64,000 bases of DNA, from the NCBI GenBank assembly GCA_965248605.1, contig CBDFJV010000006.1:9513-73512 (forward strand), given 5' to 3'. Of this stretch, positions 55,714-64,000 are shown piece after piece (within the stretch, counting starts at the first letter, position 1; each line of letters begins with the position of its first letter). This DNA comes from Dehalococcoidia bacterium (GTDB lineage: Bacteria; Chloroflexota; Dehalococcoidia; Lucifugimonadales; CAUZJF01). Below the pieces are notes generated by a model. That model searched no databases, was not told where the DNA came from, and saw only the letters and a list, made by a program, of their open reading frames with translations. The translations under genes were made by a program, and so were the position numbers.

Positions 55714-56369
55714 CTAAGACGGACGCCGAGATCACTGCCTCCGTCGAGGCAGCCGCCGCTGCTGAGATGCCGTCAGCCACCACCGAGGCTGCCGAGACGG
55801 CTGAGTCCTTCACCGGCACCGAATCCGGTGAGTCTGTCTCGGTGACGGCCGATGCATCGCCCCCGCCTGCAGCCGCGGTCGCGGAATCCACCGAGATCTC
55901 ATGGGAGGACCCGCGGCCGGCGGAGCGTGGCCACAACGTCGGCGACTTCGCCCCCGAGTTCACCATGAAGCTGGCCGACGGAAGTAAAGTAGCCCTGGTA
56001 GACCTGGTCAGCGAGTCCCAACCGGCCTTCCTGTTCTTCTTCGCCAAGTGGTGAGGGACCTGTCGCGCCGAGTTGCGGCGCATGAAGGCGACCTTCCCCG
56101 AGTACCCGGACAACGTGGCGTTGTACGCGGTCGGCGTAGACCCATTCGAGTCCCTATCTGAGCTTGAGGAATACCGGAGCGAACAGGGATTTCCGTTTCC
56201 TGTCGCCGTCCCGGAAGGCCGGATGCTCGTCGATCTGAGGGTCGTGCAACAATCGACTAAGGTCGCAATCGACGCCAGCGGGCGCATCATCTACCGCGAC
56301 GGGTACGGCCGGGACGGAGGAGACGGCTTCCGGGAAGTCTTCCTGGAACTCTCCGAGAGCGCTGGCTAG
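55714..56369 (+). pseudogene. 3' part of the lipoprotein redoxin gene: TlpA/ResA-like thioredoxin-fold domain with in-frame TGA at the CXXC position
   Basis: ORFs 55767..56054 and 56073..56369 share one frame. Read-through gives GDFAPEFTMKL..AFLFFFAKW-TGA-GTCRAEL..YAVGVD... The frame continues upstream to the IS junction. Confidence 0.7.
56061..56084 (+). promoter_or_regulatory. SECIS-like hairpin downstream of the in-frame TGA
   Basis: The stem is GCGCCG (56065..56070) paired with CGGCGC (56076..56081), and the loop is AGUUG. It can be extended by U-A, G-U and U-G pairs with a bulged C. The perfect stem begins 10 nt after the TGA. Confidence 0.45.
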
Positions 56370-56468
56370 TCCCCAAGACTCGGGCCGCTTGATGGCCCAC
56401 CACTATTAGGCTATCCTCCGAAATCGGCTGGAGCGCACCTCGCTTCACTGCCGAGCAGGAGGAACCCC

Positions 56469-57536
56469 ATGACTGAACCACGCCCTAGAGCGGCCGACCT
56501 CGGCGTTGAAGTCGGCATTCTCCCTCGCGGCGCTCACAACTCCATCACGGACGTACCCGAGGTCTCTGTCGGCCACGTGACACTGGTGGATGGCGACGGC
56601 CCGCTGAGAATCGGCGAGGGGCCGGTCCGGACCGGCGTCACGGCCATCCTTCCCCATCAATACAACGTCTTCGAGCGGAAGGTCACGGCTTCGGTCCACG
56701 TAGTCAACGGGTTCGGCAAGGCGGTCGGGTTCCTTCAAGTCGGCGAGCTTGGCGTGATCGAGAGCCCCATCGTGCTGACCAGCACCCTCAGCATCTGGCG
56801 CGCCGCCGACGCCCTGATCGATTACCTGGCGGAGCGCAACCCCGGCGTGTACTCCTTCAACCCCGTCGTCGGCGAGTGCAACGACGGGTTCCTTAACGAC
56901 ATCATCGGTCGGCACATCCGCCCCGAACATATTCTCGACGCGATATCCGGCGCCGAGTCGCCCAACACCGACGAAGGGAACGTCGGAGCCGGCACGGGGA
57001 TGACCGGGTTCGGCTGGAAGGGCGGCATCGGAACTGCGTCGCGGCTGTGCGAGGTAGCCGGCGCTCAGTACGCCGTCGGAGCGATGACCCTCACGAACAC
57101 CGGCGACCCGCGGGAGTTCCGCATCGACGGCGTTCGCATCGGCCGTCATCTGCTGCCCCCGGACGATAAGTACGACCCCACCGGCCGGGGTGGGTCGATC
57201 ATCATGGTAGTCGCCACCGACGCGCCGGTCAGCTCGCGCCAGGTCGGCCGAATCGGCAGAAGGGCCGCCCTAGGTCTGGCCCGCGCGGGCGGAATCGCGG
57301 ACCACAACAGCGGAGACTTCATCATCGCGTTCTCGAACGCCCAGGGACGTCCCGGCCTCGACGACGCCGATATCACACCTCTCATGCGAGGCGCCCTGGA
57401 GGCAACTGAGGAGGCGGTCATCAACTCGGTGCTCCGCGCCGAGACCATGACGGGCCGGGACGGCAACACCCGCCACGCGATCCCCATCGATCAGGTGCAG
57501 GAGATCCTAGCGGCGCACGGGCCGCCGAAGGGCTGA
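56469..57536 (+). CDS. P1/S58-family peptidase (DmpA-like aminopeptidase)
   Basis: GVTAILP, and GAGTGMTGFGWKGGIGTAS containing the self-processing/nucleophile region typical of DmpA/BapA. Confidence 0.8.
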   Translation: MTEPRPRAADLGVEVGILPRGAHNSITDVPEVSVGHVTLVDGDGPLRIGEGPVRTGVTAILPHQYNVFERKVTASVHVVNGFGKAVGFLQVGELGVIESPIVLTSTLSIWRAADALIDYLAERNPGVYSFNPVVGECNDGFLNDIIGRHIRPEHILDAISGAESPNTDEGNVGAGTGMTGFGWKGGIGTASRLCEVAGAQYAVGAMTLTNTGDPREFRIDGVRIGRHLLPPDDKYDPTGRGGSIIMVVATDAPVSSRQVGRIGRRAALGLARAGGIADHNSGDFIIAFSNAQGRPGLDDADITPLMRGALEATEEAVINSVLRAETMTGRDGNTRHAIPIDQVQEILAAHGPPKG

Positions 57537-57595
57537 GGCTCTGCTCTGGTCCCCTCTCCCGCTGCTGGGAGAGGGCTAGGGTGAGGGTTCCTTGC

Positions 57596-58849
57596 TTACC
57601 CAGCCGTCGCCGGATGGGCCTTCGGTAATGTGAAGCTAAACGTACTGCCCTGGCCCTCGGCGCTCTCGACCCAGATGCGGCCGCCGTGGGCCTCCACGAT
57701 CCCCTTGGCGATGCTGAGCCCCAACCCAGCCCCGCCGGACAGCCTCGACCTCGACAGGTCGGGACGATAGGAGCGCTCGAACAGGCGGGGGATCTCGGTT
57801 TCTGGGATGCCTTCGCCGGTGTCGGCCACCTGAACCTGGACCACCTCGCCGGCGTCCTGGGCACGGATGTGAATCGTGCCGTCGGTGGGGGTGTGGCGGA
57901 TCGAGTTTTGCACGAGGTTGTACATCACCCGCTGCACTCGCCGTGTATCCATGACCACGGGCTTGAGCTCGTCGTTCACCGTACCCAGCAGGCTGAGCTT
58001 TCGGGCCTCGGCCTGGGCCGACATGCTCTCCAGTGTGTCTGAGACGAGGTCCTGAAGCGACGCTTCCTCCAGGTGCAACTCGAGCTCGCCGGCGTCCATC
58101 CGAGAGAGCTCGAAAAGATCGTCGACGAGCTGGCTGAGGTTCTCGACCTCGGCCAGGCTGGTGCGCATGTAGCGGCTGACCGTTTCAGGATCGCTGACGA
58201 CGCCGTCGGCCATGCTCTCGACCATCGCGCGAATAGAGGCGAGGGGTGTCCTGAGGTCGTGGGAGACCGCAGAGATCAGCTCCTTCCGGGCCTGCTCGAG
58301 CTCCCGTTCCCTGGCGAAGCTCGACTGCAACCGCTCAGCCATCGCGTTGAAGGCCCCGGACAGTTGGCCTACCTCGTCCGAGGACCCGACCTCGACGCGC
58401 GTGTCCAGGCGACCGGCGCTCATGCTCTTTGCGGCGTCGGCCAGCCGGCGAATCGACCGGGCCGTCGGCTCCGCGAAGGCGAAGGCGACGAAGACCGACA
58501 CGCCAACCGAGAACCCCAATAGACCCGCGAGCAAGGCGAGATCATGGGTGTTCAGGAACATCAAATACGCGGTGATGCCTACGTTGACCAGCGCGAGGAG
58601 CGCCGTCACCACCGAGACGAGCACCATCCTGCCACGGACGGTGCGGGTCCAATGGGGCAAAGCCAGTCGCGGGGCGGCGACTCCGATAAGCACCGTGACT
58701 CCCCCGGAGATCGACAGGAAGATGGCCAGCGTGCGCAGGTCGCCCGCCGGTGGATCGAGCAGCAGCGTAGTCAGGACGAGCACGAATACCGTCATCCCGA
58801 CGAGAACGACGGCTCCTGCGGCGAGGCTGCGGGCTACGCTCTGCACCAC
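57596..58849 (-). CDS. Sensor histidine kinase (TM-HAMP-HisKA-HATPase)
   Basis: Two TM segments, a HAMP domain, the H-box SHDLRTP, and the N/G boxes (NSIRHT, DTGEGI, GLGLSIAK). Confidence 0.9.
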   Translation of the reverse strand: MVQSVARSLAAGAVVLVGMTVFVLVLTTLLLDPPAGDLRTLAIFLSISGGVTVLIGVAAPRLALPHWTRTVRGRMVLVSVVTALLALVNVGITAYLMFLNTHDLALLAGLLGFSVGVSVFVAFAFAEPTARSIRRLADAAKSMSAGRLDTRVEVGSSDEVGQLSGAFNAMAERLQSSFARERELEQARKELISAVSHDLRTPLASIRAMVESMADGVVSDPETVSRYMRTSLAEVENLSQLVDDLFELSRMDAGELELHLEEASLQDLVSDTLESMSAQAEARKLSLLGTVNDELKPVVMDTRRVQRVMYNLVQNSIRHTPTDGTIHIRAQDAGEVVQVQVADTGEGIPETEIPRLFERSYRPDLSRSRLSGGAGLGLSIAKGIVEAHGGRIWVESAEGQGSTFSFTLPKAHPATAG

Positions 58850-58850
58850 C

Positions 58851-59537
58851 CTACCCTTCGAACTTGTAGCCCACGCCCCAGACCGTCTTGATGTAGCGTG
58901 GCTTCATGGTGTCGGCCTCGATCTTCTCGCGGAGGCGCCGGATATGCACGGTTACAGTGCTGGGGTCGCCGGCGTAGGTGAAGTCCCAGGCGCTGTCCAT
59001 AAGCTGCTCGCGGGTGAAGACCTGCCCCACATTGGACGCCAGGAACATCAGCAGGTCGAACTCCTTGCCGGTGAGGTGGGCCTCCTCACCGTTGACCGTG
59101 ACGGCCCTGGACTGGGGGCTGATGATCAGGCCGTCGAACCGCAGCGTGCCGCCGACGGCCGTTGACGGGCCGGATGACGTTCGCCGCAGGACGGACTTTA
59201 CCCTCGCGACCAGCTCCCGGGGGCTGAAGGGCTTGGCGACGTAGTCGTCGGCGCCTAGCTCCAGACCGACAATGCGGTCGGTCTCGTCGCCGCGGGCCGT
59301 CAGCATGATAATAGGCACGTCGCTGTCCTTGCGGACCTGGCGGCACACCTCCAATCCGTCGACCTCGGGTAACATCAGGTCGAGGACGATGAGGTCGGGC
59401 GCCCACTCCTGCGCCACCCGCAACGCCTCGTTGCCGTTCGACGCCAGCGACACCTCGAACCCTTCGAGGCGCAGGTATCGCTCGACTACCTCGGTCACGA
59501 CCTTCTCGTCGTCGACCACCAGAACGCGTGACGCCAC
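58851..59537 (-). CDS. OmpR-family response regulator
   Basis: The receiver is VLVVDDE..LIVLDLMLP, with a winged-helix C-terminus (..IRRLREKIE..IKTVWGVGYKF). The start is placed at the GTG at 59537; the GTG at 59582 is an alternative. The longest ORF to 59954 is implausible. Confidence 0.85.
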   Translation of the reverse strand: MASRVLVVDDEKVVTEVVERYLRLEGFEVSLASNGNEALRVAQEWAPDLIVLDLMLPEVDGLEVCRQVRKDSDVPIIMLTARGDETDRIVGLELGADDYVAKPFSPRELVARVKSVLRRTSSGPSTAVGGTLRFDGLIISPQSRAVTVNGEEAHLTGKEFDLLMFLASNVGQVFTREQLMDSAWDFTYAGDPSTVTVHIRRLREKIEADTMKPRYIKTVWGVGYKFEG

Positions 59538-59862
59538 GGACTCCCTCGGCTCGGCTACCAGGGTCTGCAAGTCAGTGTACACGATGGCTCGGCTCCTATC
59601 GGATGTCGAGAGACTTGCTGCAATACTAGGAGCCGTGGCTTGCCGTGCCGTGAAGAATCTTACGGAATGATTAAGGGAACTGGGGTGCGGGGTGCGGGGT
59701 ATTAGCCGTGCGGCAGGAACGACGGACCAGCCCTCGACAAGCGACGAAAAAATACCCTGTTGCAAACCGTCGCGTTCTGTCGCACCCACATAGGGGACCG
59801 ATCGGTCGATGCGACAGGTGGCCGTGATGTCAAGGTCTGTCTGGTTGTCATACAAGCCGCCG

Positions 59863-61227
59863 ATGTCTAGCGGTCCGATAAGGCGGTCGCAACTCATAGC
59901 TCCATTTGGCACAGGGGCTCTGACTGTTGTCCCTAACGGGACATCCTTGATCATTTGTGGCCTCGACTACTGGTATCAGAGCGAAGATGCCGACGGCGAC
60001 ACCACACTTGTCGACGTAGATGAGTTCAAGCTTGAAGAATGGCGTCTCCAAGGAGAACTAAACGTCACGCATTTTCGGCTGCCTCCCGATTGGAGGCTTC
60101 CTCGGCGCAGTGAATCTGGCGTGCCTAACATGAGGCTGGCCGTTCCGTCATTAAGATTCCCCACTTGGAACTTTTGCCCCAGTCCAAGATGCCGACGCCT
60201 CCAGGATTCCTCACTGTCTTTTAGGGGGCGAGACACGTGTACCTATTGTGACAACAACTCTTCTCGCCCCAGGCAGATTTCGCAAGTGCCATTTGTCGCA
60301 ATTTGTGACTATGGCCATATGCAAGACTTCCCGTGGAGGGAGTGGGCACATAGATCAGTGAACCCTGAGTGCGGAAAGCCGATGAAACTGTACTCCACAG
60401 GGGGTTCGTCCCTTGACGCGCAGCAGGTCGAATTCGATTGCGGCGCCAAGCGCAATCTGGCCGACGCTACAGAATACTCACCAAACAGAGACTCGACGCG
60501 GCTGAGTGACTCTCTTGATGACTCGGGCAAGTCTACCTATGCCGCGGCCTGATGCCGTGGAATGGCGACCTTGAGGGGGCCGGCTGCGATAGAAACCTCA
60601 GTGGGAGCCTGCGTGCAGCGTCGAATCTTTACTACGCCGCGGTCAAGAGCTCAATTTTACTTACCTCGGGAAACCGAAAGCGTGCCAGAATCTCTTATTC
60701 AGATCCTGGTCAATCAACCAGTTTCGGTGATGATCAATACCCTGCTAGACGCAGGAGTTCCGCCCGAGGATATTCCCGCGAACAGCCTGCGTAGCTCATT
60801 CCCGGACATCTTGGCTAGTTACGGTGATACGCAGATCTCTGACGCACTACAGTTGCTGCAATCCACTGACGATAGCGAGAATCCGGTTCAACCGGGCGAC
60901 ATTTCGGCCCTGGTGCCCGCTGATGAAACCGAGTTCAAAAGGGCAGAGTACTAAGTCCTGACCAAGGAGATGTCCACGCCGTATCTTCAGATCAAGAGTG
61001 GCAAGCGAGGTGATTATGAACCAATTGTTGCCACAATTTTCGAGGAGCTCATGCTTATCGAGAAGCTCCGAGAGACGCGAGCTTTTTACGGGTTCAACAG
61101 AGTATTTCCGACCGGACAATCGTCCCTACCAGACAGGATGTCGCTGAACTTTAGGCTTCTTGGCAGTCGGCGGTGCTGTCCTGGCCGACCTGAGCCTCGC
61201 CGTACTCTCACCAAGACGCTCTTGACC
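59863..61227 (+). pseudogene. Decayed gene resembling the N-terminal two-thirds of DrmB-like (DUF1998-associated, DISARM-type) proteins
   Basis: MSSGPIRRSQLIAPFGTGAL.., Zn-ribbon-like CPSPRC..CTYC, CDYGHMQDFPWREWAH, ..LRAASNLYYAAVKSS.. and ..KLRETRAFYGFNRV.. are readable only across two frameshifts (~60550 and ~60670) and an in-frame TAA at 60952. The sequence is visibly less GC-rich than its neighbours. The 3' end is cut by MITE copy 6. The family call rests on recollection of motifs. Confidence 0.4.
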
Positions 61228-61358
61228 CTAGTAGACCGAAATCTTTGAAATGAGGGGTAGCCGAGATTGGCGTGCTACGACGACAGGGCGGGTTTCAAAC
61301 CCGCCCCTACCAAGCCGTAACCTCAGAACCCTTCAATACTAGGATGTTGGACCACTAG
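61228..61358 (+). repeat. 131-bp MITE-like repeat, copy 6
   Basis: Full-length copy. Confidence 0.9.
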
Positions 61359-61375
61359 TCTCTAGACCCTATCTT

Positions 61376-62549
61376 CTACGGGCCCTCTTCGTCGTAGTGC
61401 CTCAGAACGCGGATCGGCTGCTCGACGTAGGGCCTGTCGAGAAGAGCCTGCTCGTCGAGATTCAGACCAAGCCCTGGACCCTCAGGAAGATCGATGTAGC
61501 CGTTCTCGACCTGGAACGGGTTGACCGATATCTCGTTGCCCGTCTCCGCGAAGTTCACGAAGTATTCGGTGATCAGGAAGTTCGGCATGCACGCCGCCGC
61601 CTGGATCGTCGCTGCCAGCGCGATGGTCGTGCTGTTGTAATTGTGGGGCGCGACGGATACGTAGTAGGGCTCGGCCATGGCCGCGATTTCCTTCAACTCC
61701 AAAATTCCGCCGCAGTTGCAGACGTCGGGGTTTATGATGTCCGCCGCCCGTCGCTCGAAGACCTCGCGGAACGCTGCCTTCGTGTACAGCGTCTCTCCGG
61801 TTACCACAGGGATACGAGTTCGCTCCCGGACCTCGGCGAGCGCAGGTACGTTCTCGGCGGGCACCGGCTCCTCGTACCAGAACGGCTTGAACTCCTCCAG
61901 GTCTTTGGCAAAGCGTATGGCGTTCATTGGCGAAAGCCGCCGGTGGCCTTCTATCAGCAGATCGACGTCGGGTCCGACCGCGTCCCTAACGGCCCTCACG
62001 ACGTCGATGGCCGACTGCTCGACCTCTTTGCCCACGAACGAGCGCCACGGCCTCAGAAACGGGTCGAACTTCATCGCCGTGAACCCCTGCGCAACCGTCT
62101 CGGCCGCCTTGTCCGCAAACTCCTCCGGCTTGGACGAGCCCGCATACCAGCCGTTGGCGTATACGCGGATGCGGCCTCGGCACGGTCCGCCCAGCAGCTT
62201 GTAGACGGGGACCCCCAGCTTTTTGCCCACGATGTCCCACAACGCCTGTTCGATGCCGCTCAGTGCGCAATACAGGTCCATCGAGCCGCGGCGACTGCTG
62301 AAGTCGTCGTAGACGATCCAGCTGAAGTGCTTGATAGCGAACGGGTCACGCCCAACCAGGTATCGCTCCAGCTCACGAACGTGCTCCTCTATGGCCCGGT
62401 CACGGTCGAGCTGGGTGTACGCCTCGCCCCAGCCGTGGATTCCCTCATCGGTCTCCACCTTCAAGAACAGCCAGTTCTTGGCCCCGACGACGCCCGCACG
62501 TTTGGCCGACGGCGTCACCAGAAAGGGTCTTCACGCCCGTTACCTTCAT
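61376..62549 (-). pseudogene. Enolase-superfamily dehydratase (mandelate racemase/muconate lactonizing enzyme family, galactonate-dehydratase-like) with a frameshift after codon 8
   Basis: NWLFLKVETDEGIHGWGEA and later metal-ligand regions are present. The ATG at 62549 follows GGAGAA and encodes MKVTGVKT. It falls out of frame at the run at 62525..62527 and rejoins as FLVTPSAK.. if one base is removed. The intact-frame ORF alone is 61376..62518 (GTG). Confidence 0.75.
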
Positions 62550-62605
62550 CGTTTCTCCTTTTGGGAACGCGACATCCACGCCGGCTACCGATTCAAAGAG
62601 CGGGT

Positions 62606-62736
62606 CTAGTAGACCGAAATCTTTGAAATGAGGGGTAGCCGAGATTGGCGTGCTACGACGACAGGGCGGGTTTCAAACCCGCCCCTACCAAGCCGTAACC
62701 TCAGAACCCTTCAATACTAGGATGTTGGACCACTAG
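62606..62736 (+). repeat. 131-bp MITE-like repeat, copy 7
   Basis: Full-length copy in the same orientation as copy 6. Confidence 0.9.
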
Positions 62737-62762
62737 GTGCAGGGAGCAAATGTCGCGTTGGG

Positions 62763-63521
62763 CTACTCGACGAGCCCTTCGCGAAGGCTTTCTATCTGCT
62801 CATCGGTCAGGCCGATGGCCCTGGCGTAGCCCTCGACGCCGCCGTAGCGGTCGTCCAGATGTCGGAGCACGCCGAGCATCGTCTTCGGTGGACAGCTCGC
62901 TCTCTGATAGTCCTGCCAAGTGTAGTCCTCCGCGGATAAGTCCGGGCTGGCTTCGAGATGGCGGACGTGGAGGAAACGTGCCGTAAGCCCATAGTCCTTG
63001 GCGATTGTCTCCGCGGGCACGCCGGCGATGCCAAGTACCAGCGCGGCAATCAAGCCGGTCCTGTCCTTGCCGCCGGCGCAGTGGACAAGGGCCGGGAGTG
63101 CGTCGGGGGACGCCAGGATCGACAGGGTGTCGTGTACCTGGGACGGCCGCCGGTCGAGAACCACGCAATAGATACGACGTATCCGCTCGGCTGGCTCCAG
63201 CGTTCTGGGAATCTCTGCCCTCTCGGGCAGCGGCGCGTCTCCTACCATGTTCTGGTGGTAGTAGCCGACCTCGTCGGACCCGTAGAATACGTTGGGCCTA
63301 ATCTGAATCTCCTGGGAGCGCCTCAAATCGATGATGGTGCGAACACCGTACTCCAGCAGGGCTGCCTGTGACTTAATCGGCAGCTGGTGCAGGCTATCGG
63401 AGCGCAGAAATCCGCCCCATCGGATACGGCGACCGTCCTCCGTAGCGTACCCCCCAATGTCCCTGGTGTTGAAGGTGCCCTCCAGGTCGAGATGTCTTTT
63501 CTCGTTGAGATCGTCGGTCAT
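62763..63521 (-). CDS. Tyrosine-protein phosphatase (Y_phosphatase3-like)
   Basis: It has the CX5R active site VHCAGGKDRTG. Confidence 0.85.
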   Translation of the reverse strand: MTDDLNEKRHLDLEGTFNTRDIGGYATEDGRRIRWGGFLRSDSLHQLPIKSQAALLEYGVRTIIDLRRSQEIQIRPNVFYGSDEVGYYHQNMVGDAPLPERAEIPRTLEPAERIRRIYCVVLDRRPSQVHDTLSILASPDALPALVHCAGGKDRTGLIAALVLGIAGVPAETIAKDYGLTARFLHVRHLEASPDLSAEDYTWQDYQRASCPPKTMLGVLRHLDDRYGGVEGYARAIGLTDEQIESLREGLVE

Positions 63522-63554
63522 GTTTGGTCCACTCCAGATGAGTCTCGGGCAAGT

Positions 63555-63700
63555 TCACTCCACGAAGGTTCTACGTATGCTGTCGACCTGTCCGGGGGGC
63601 ACGCCGATCATGGTCACATACTTCTCGACTCCGCCGTAGGTCTGCCTCAACTGCTCCAGCGTTCGACTCAGACGGGGTCGCGTGCACGCCGTTGGGTTCG
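63555..63700 (-). pseudogene. C-terminal remnant of a second, paralogous tyrosine phosphatase
   Basis: The minus strand reads ..RTLEQLRQTYGGVEKYVTMIGVPPGQVDSIRRTFVE*, parallel to ..LGVLRHLDDRYGGVEGYARAIGLTDEQIESLREGLVE* of the neighbouring gene. No upstream catalytic part is present. Confidence 0.45.
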
Positions 63701-63774
63701 ATAGGACGCAGCGAATAGATCACGTGATTTCAGTGTGCACGGGATCTGCTGACAGCCGCAGACACGACTCTGCA

Positions 63775-64000
63775 TCAAGATTGTTCTTCTTCAACCCGCT
63801 CACGGTACACAGCGCCCTTAATGAACCAGGCGACGCCGAACGCCGATATCGCGGCGGTTTCGAACCAAAACACACGCATCACTCCGAAGCTTTCGGGACT
63901 AAAGATCATGAGCAGGCCGGAGACCGCCATCACTAACCCGGCGGACATATATGTGTAGTCGCGGACCCGCTTCCAGCCAGGTCGTGCATCGCGCTCTTCG
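63775..64000 (-). CDS. Hypothetical membrane protein, 3' part only (runs off the window)
   Basis: An open frame from the window edge to the TGA at 63775..63777 reads ..YMSAGLVMAVSGLLMIFSPESFGVMRVFWFETAAISAFGVAWFIKGAVY.., giving two hydrophobic segments. Confidence 0.45.
   Translation of the reverse strand, partial: EERDARPGWKRVRDYTYMSAGLVMAVSGLLMIFSPESFGVMRVFWFETAAISAFGVAWFIKGAVYRERVEEEQS

Noticed and set aside
59538-59954. N-terminal 139-aa extension of the OmpR-type regulator ORF
   Set aside because: The receiver domain begins at ..RVLVVDDE. The extension overlaps the start of the DrmB-like pseudogene on the other strand and has no similarity to response regulators.

Overview
This is a GC-rich (by eye, not computed) bacterial chromosomal segment. 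Gene content and the short hairpin repeats suggest Chloroflexota, but that is a weak inference. About 55 ordinary genes are recognisable: ndk-tsaB-tsaE, an NAD-type formate dehydrogenase operon (fdsGBA), tungsten-type aldehyde:ferredoxin oxidoreductase with moaD/mobA/two moeA, a formaldehyde-dehydrogenase-like ADH, pepA, fabF, recJ, lgt, mtaB, a glutaredoxin-like/thioredoxin-reductase fusion, two two-component systems, a NitT/TauT-type ABC transporter and tRNA-His. These genes are heavily interspersed with selfish DNA. That includes an intact IS21 element, an IS3 remnant, an rve-type IS with doubled terminal repeats, and an IS1380 element with a 5-bp duplication. It also includes seven near-identical copies of a 131-bp CTAG-bounded MITE-like repeat, two hairpin-bounded GIY-YIG units (one decayed) and three type II toxin-antitoxin pairs. 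The observations I rate highest are these. (1) A TlpA-like lipoprotein redoxin has TGA in place of the first cysteine of its CXXC motif, followed by a SECIS-like hairpin, making it a candidate selenoprotein; the same gene is split by the IS1380 element. (2) Two related RelE/ParE-antitoxin cassettes each sit directly after the stop codon of a host gene and are followed by a diverged duplicate of that gene's 3' end; fabF carries a third 3'-end duplication. (3) The MITE family donates a stop codon or C-terminal residues to neighbouring genes. (4) A low-GC, multiply disrupted gene resembles DrmB (DISARM) and may be a decayed defence locus. Several otherwise intact genes carry single-nucleotide frameshifts, three of them clearly in homopolymer runs, which may be assembly errors. 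No CRISPR array or rRNA was seen.
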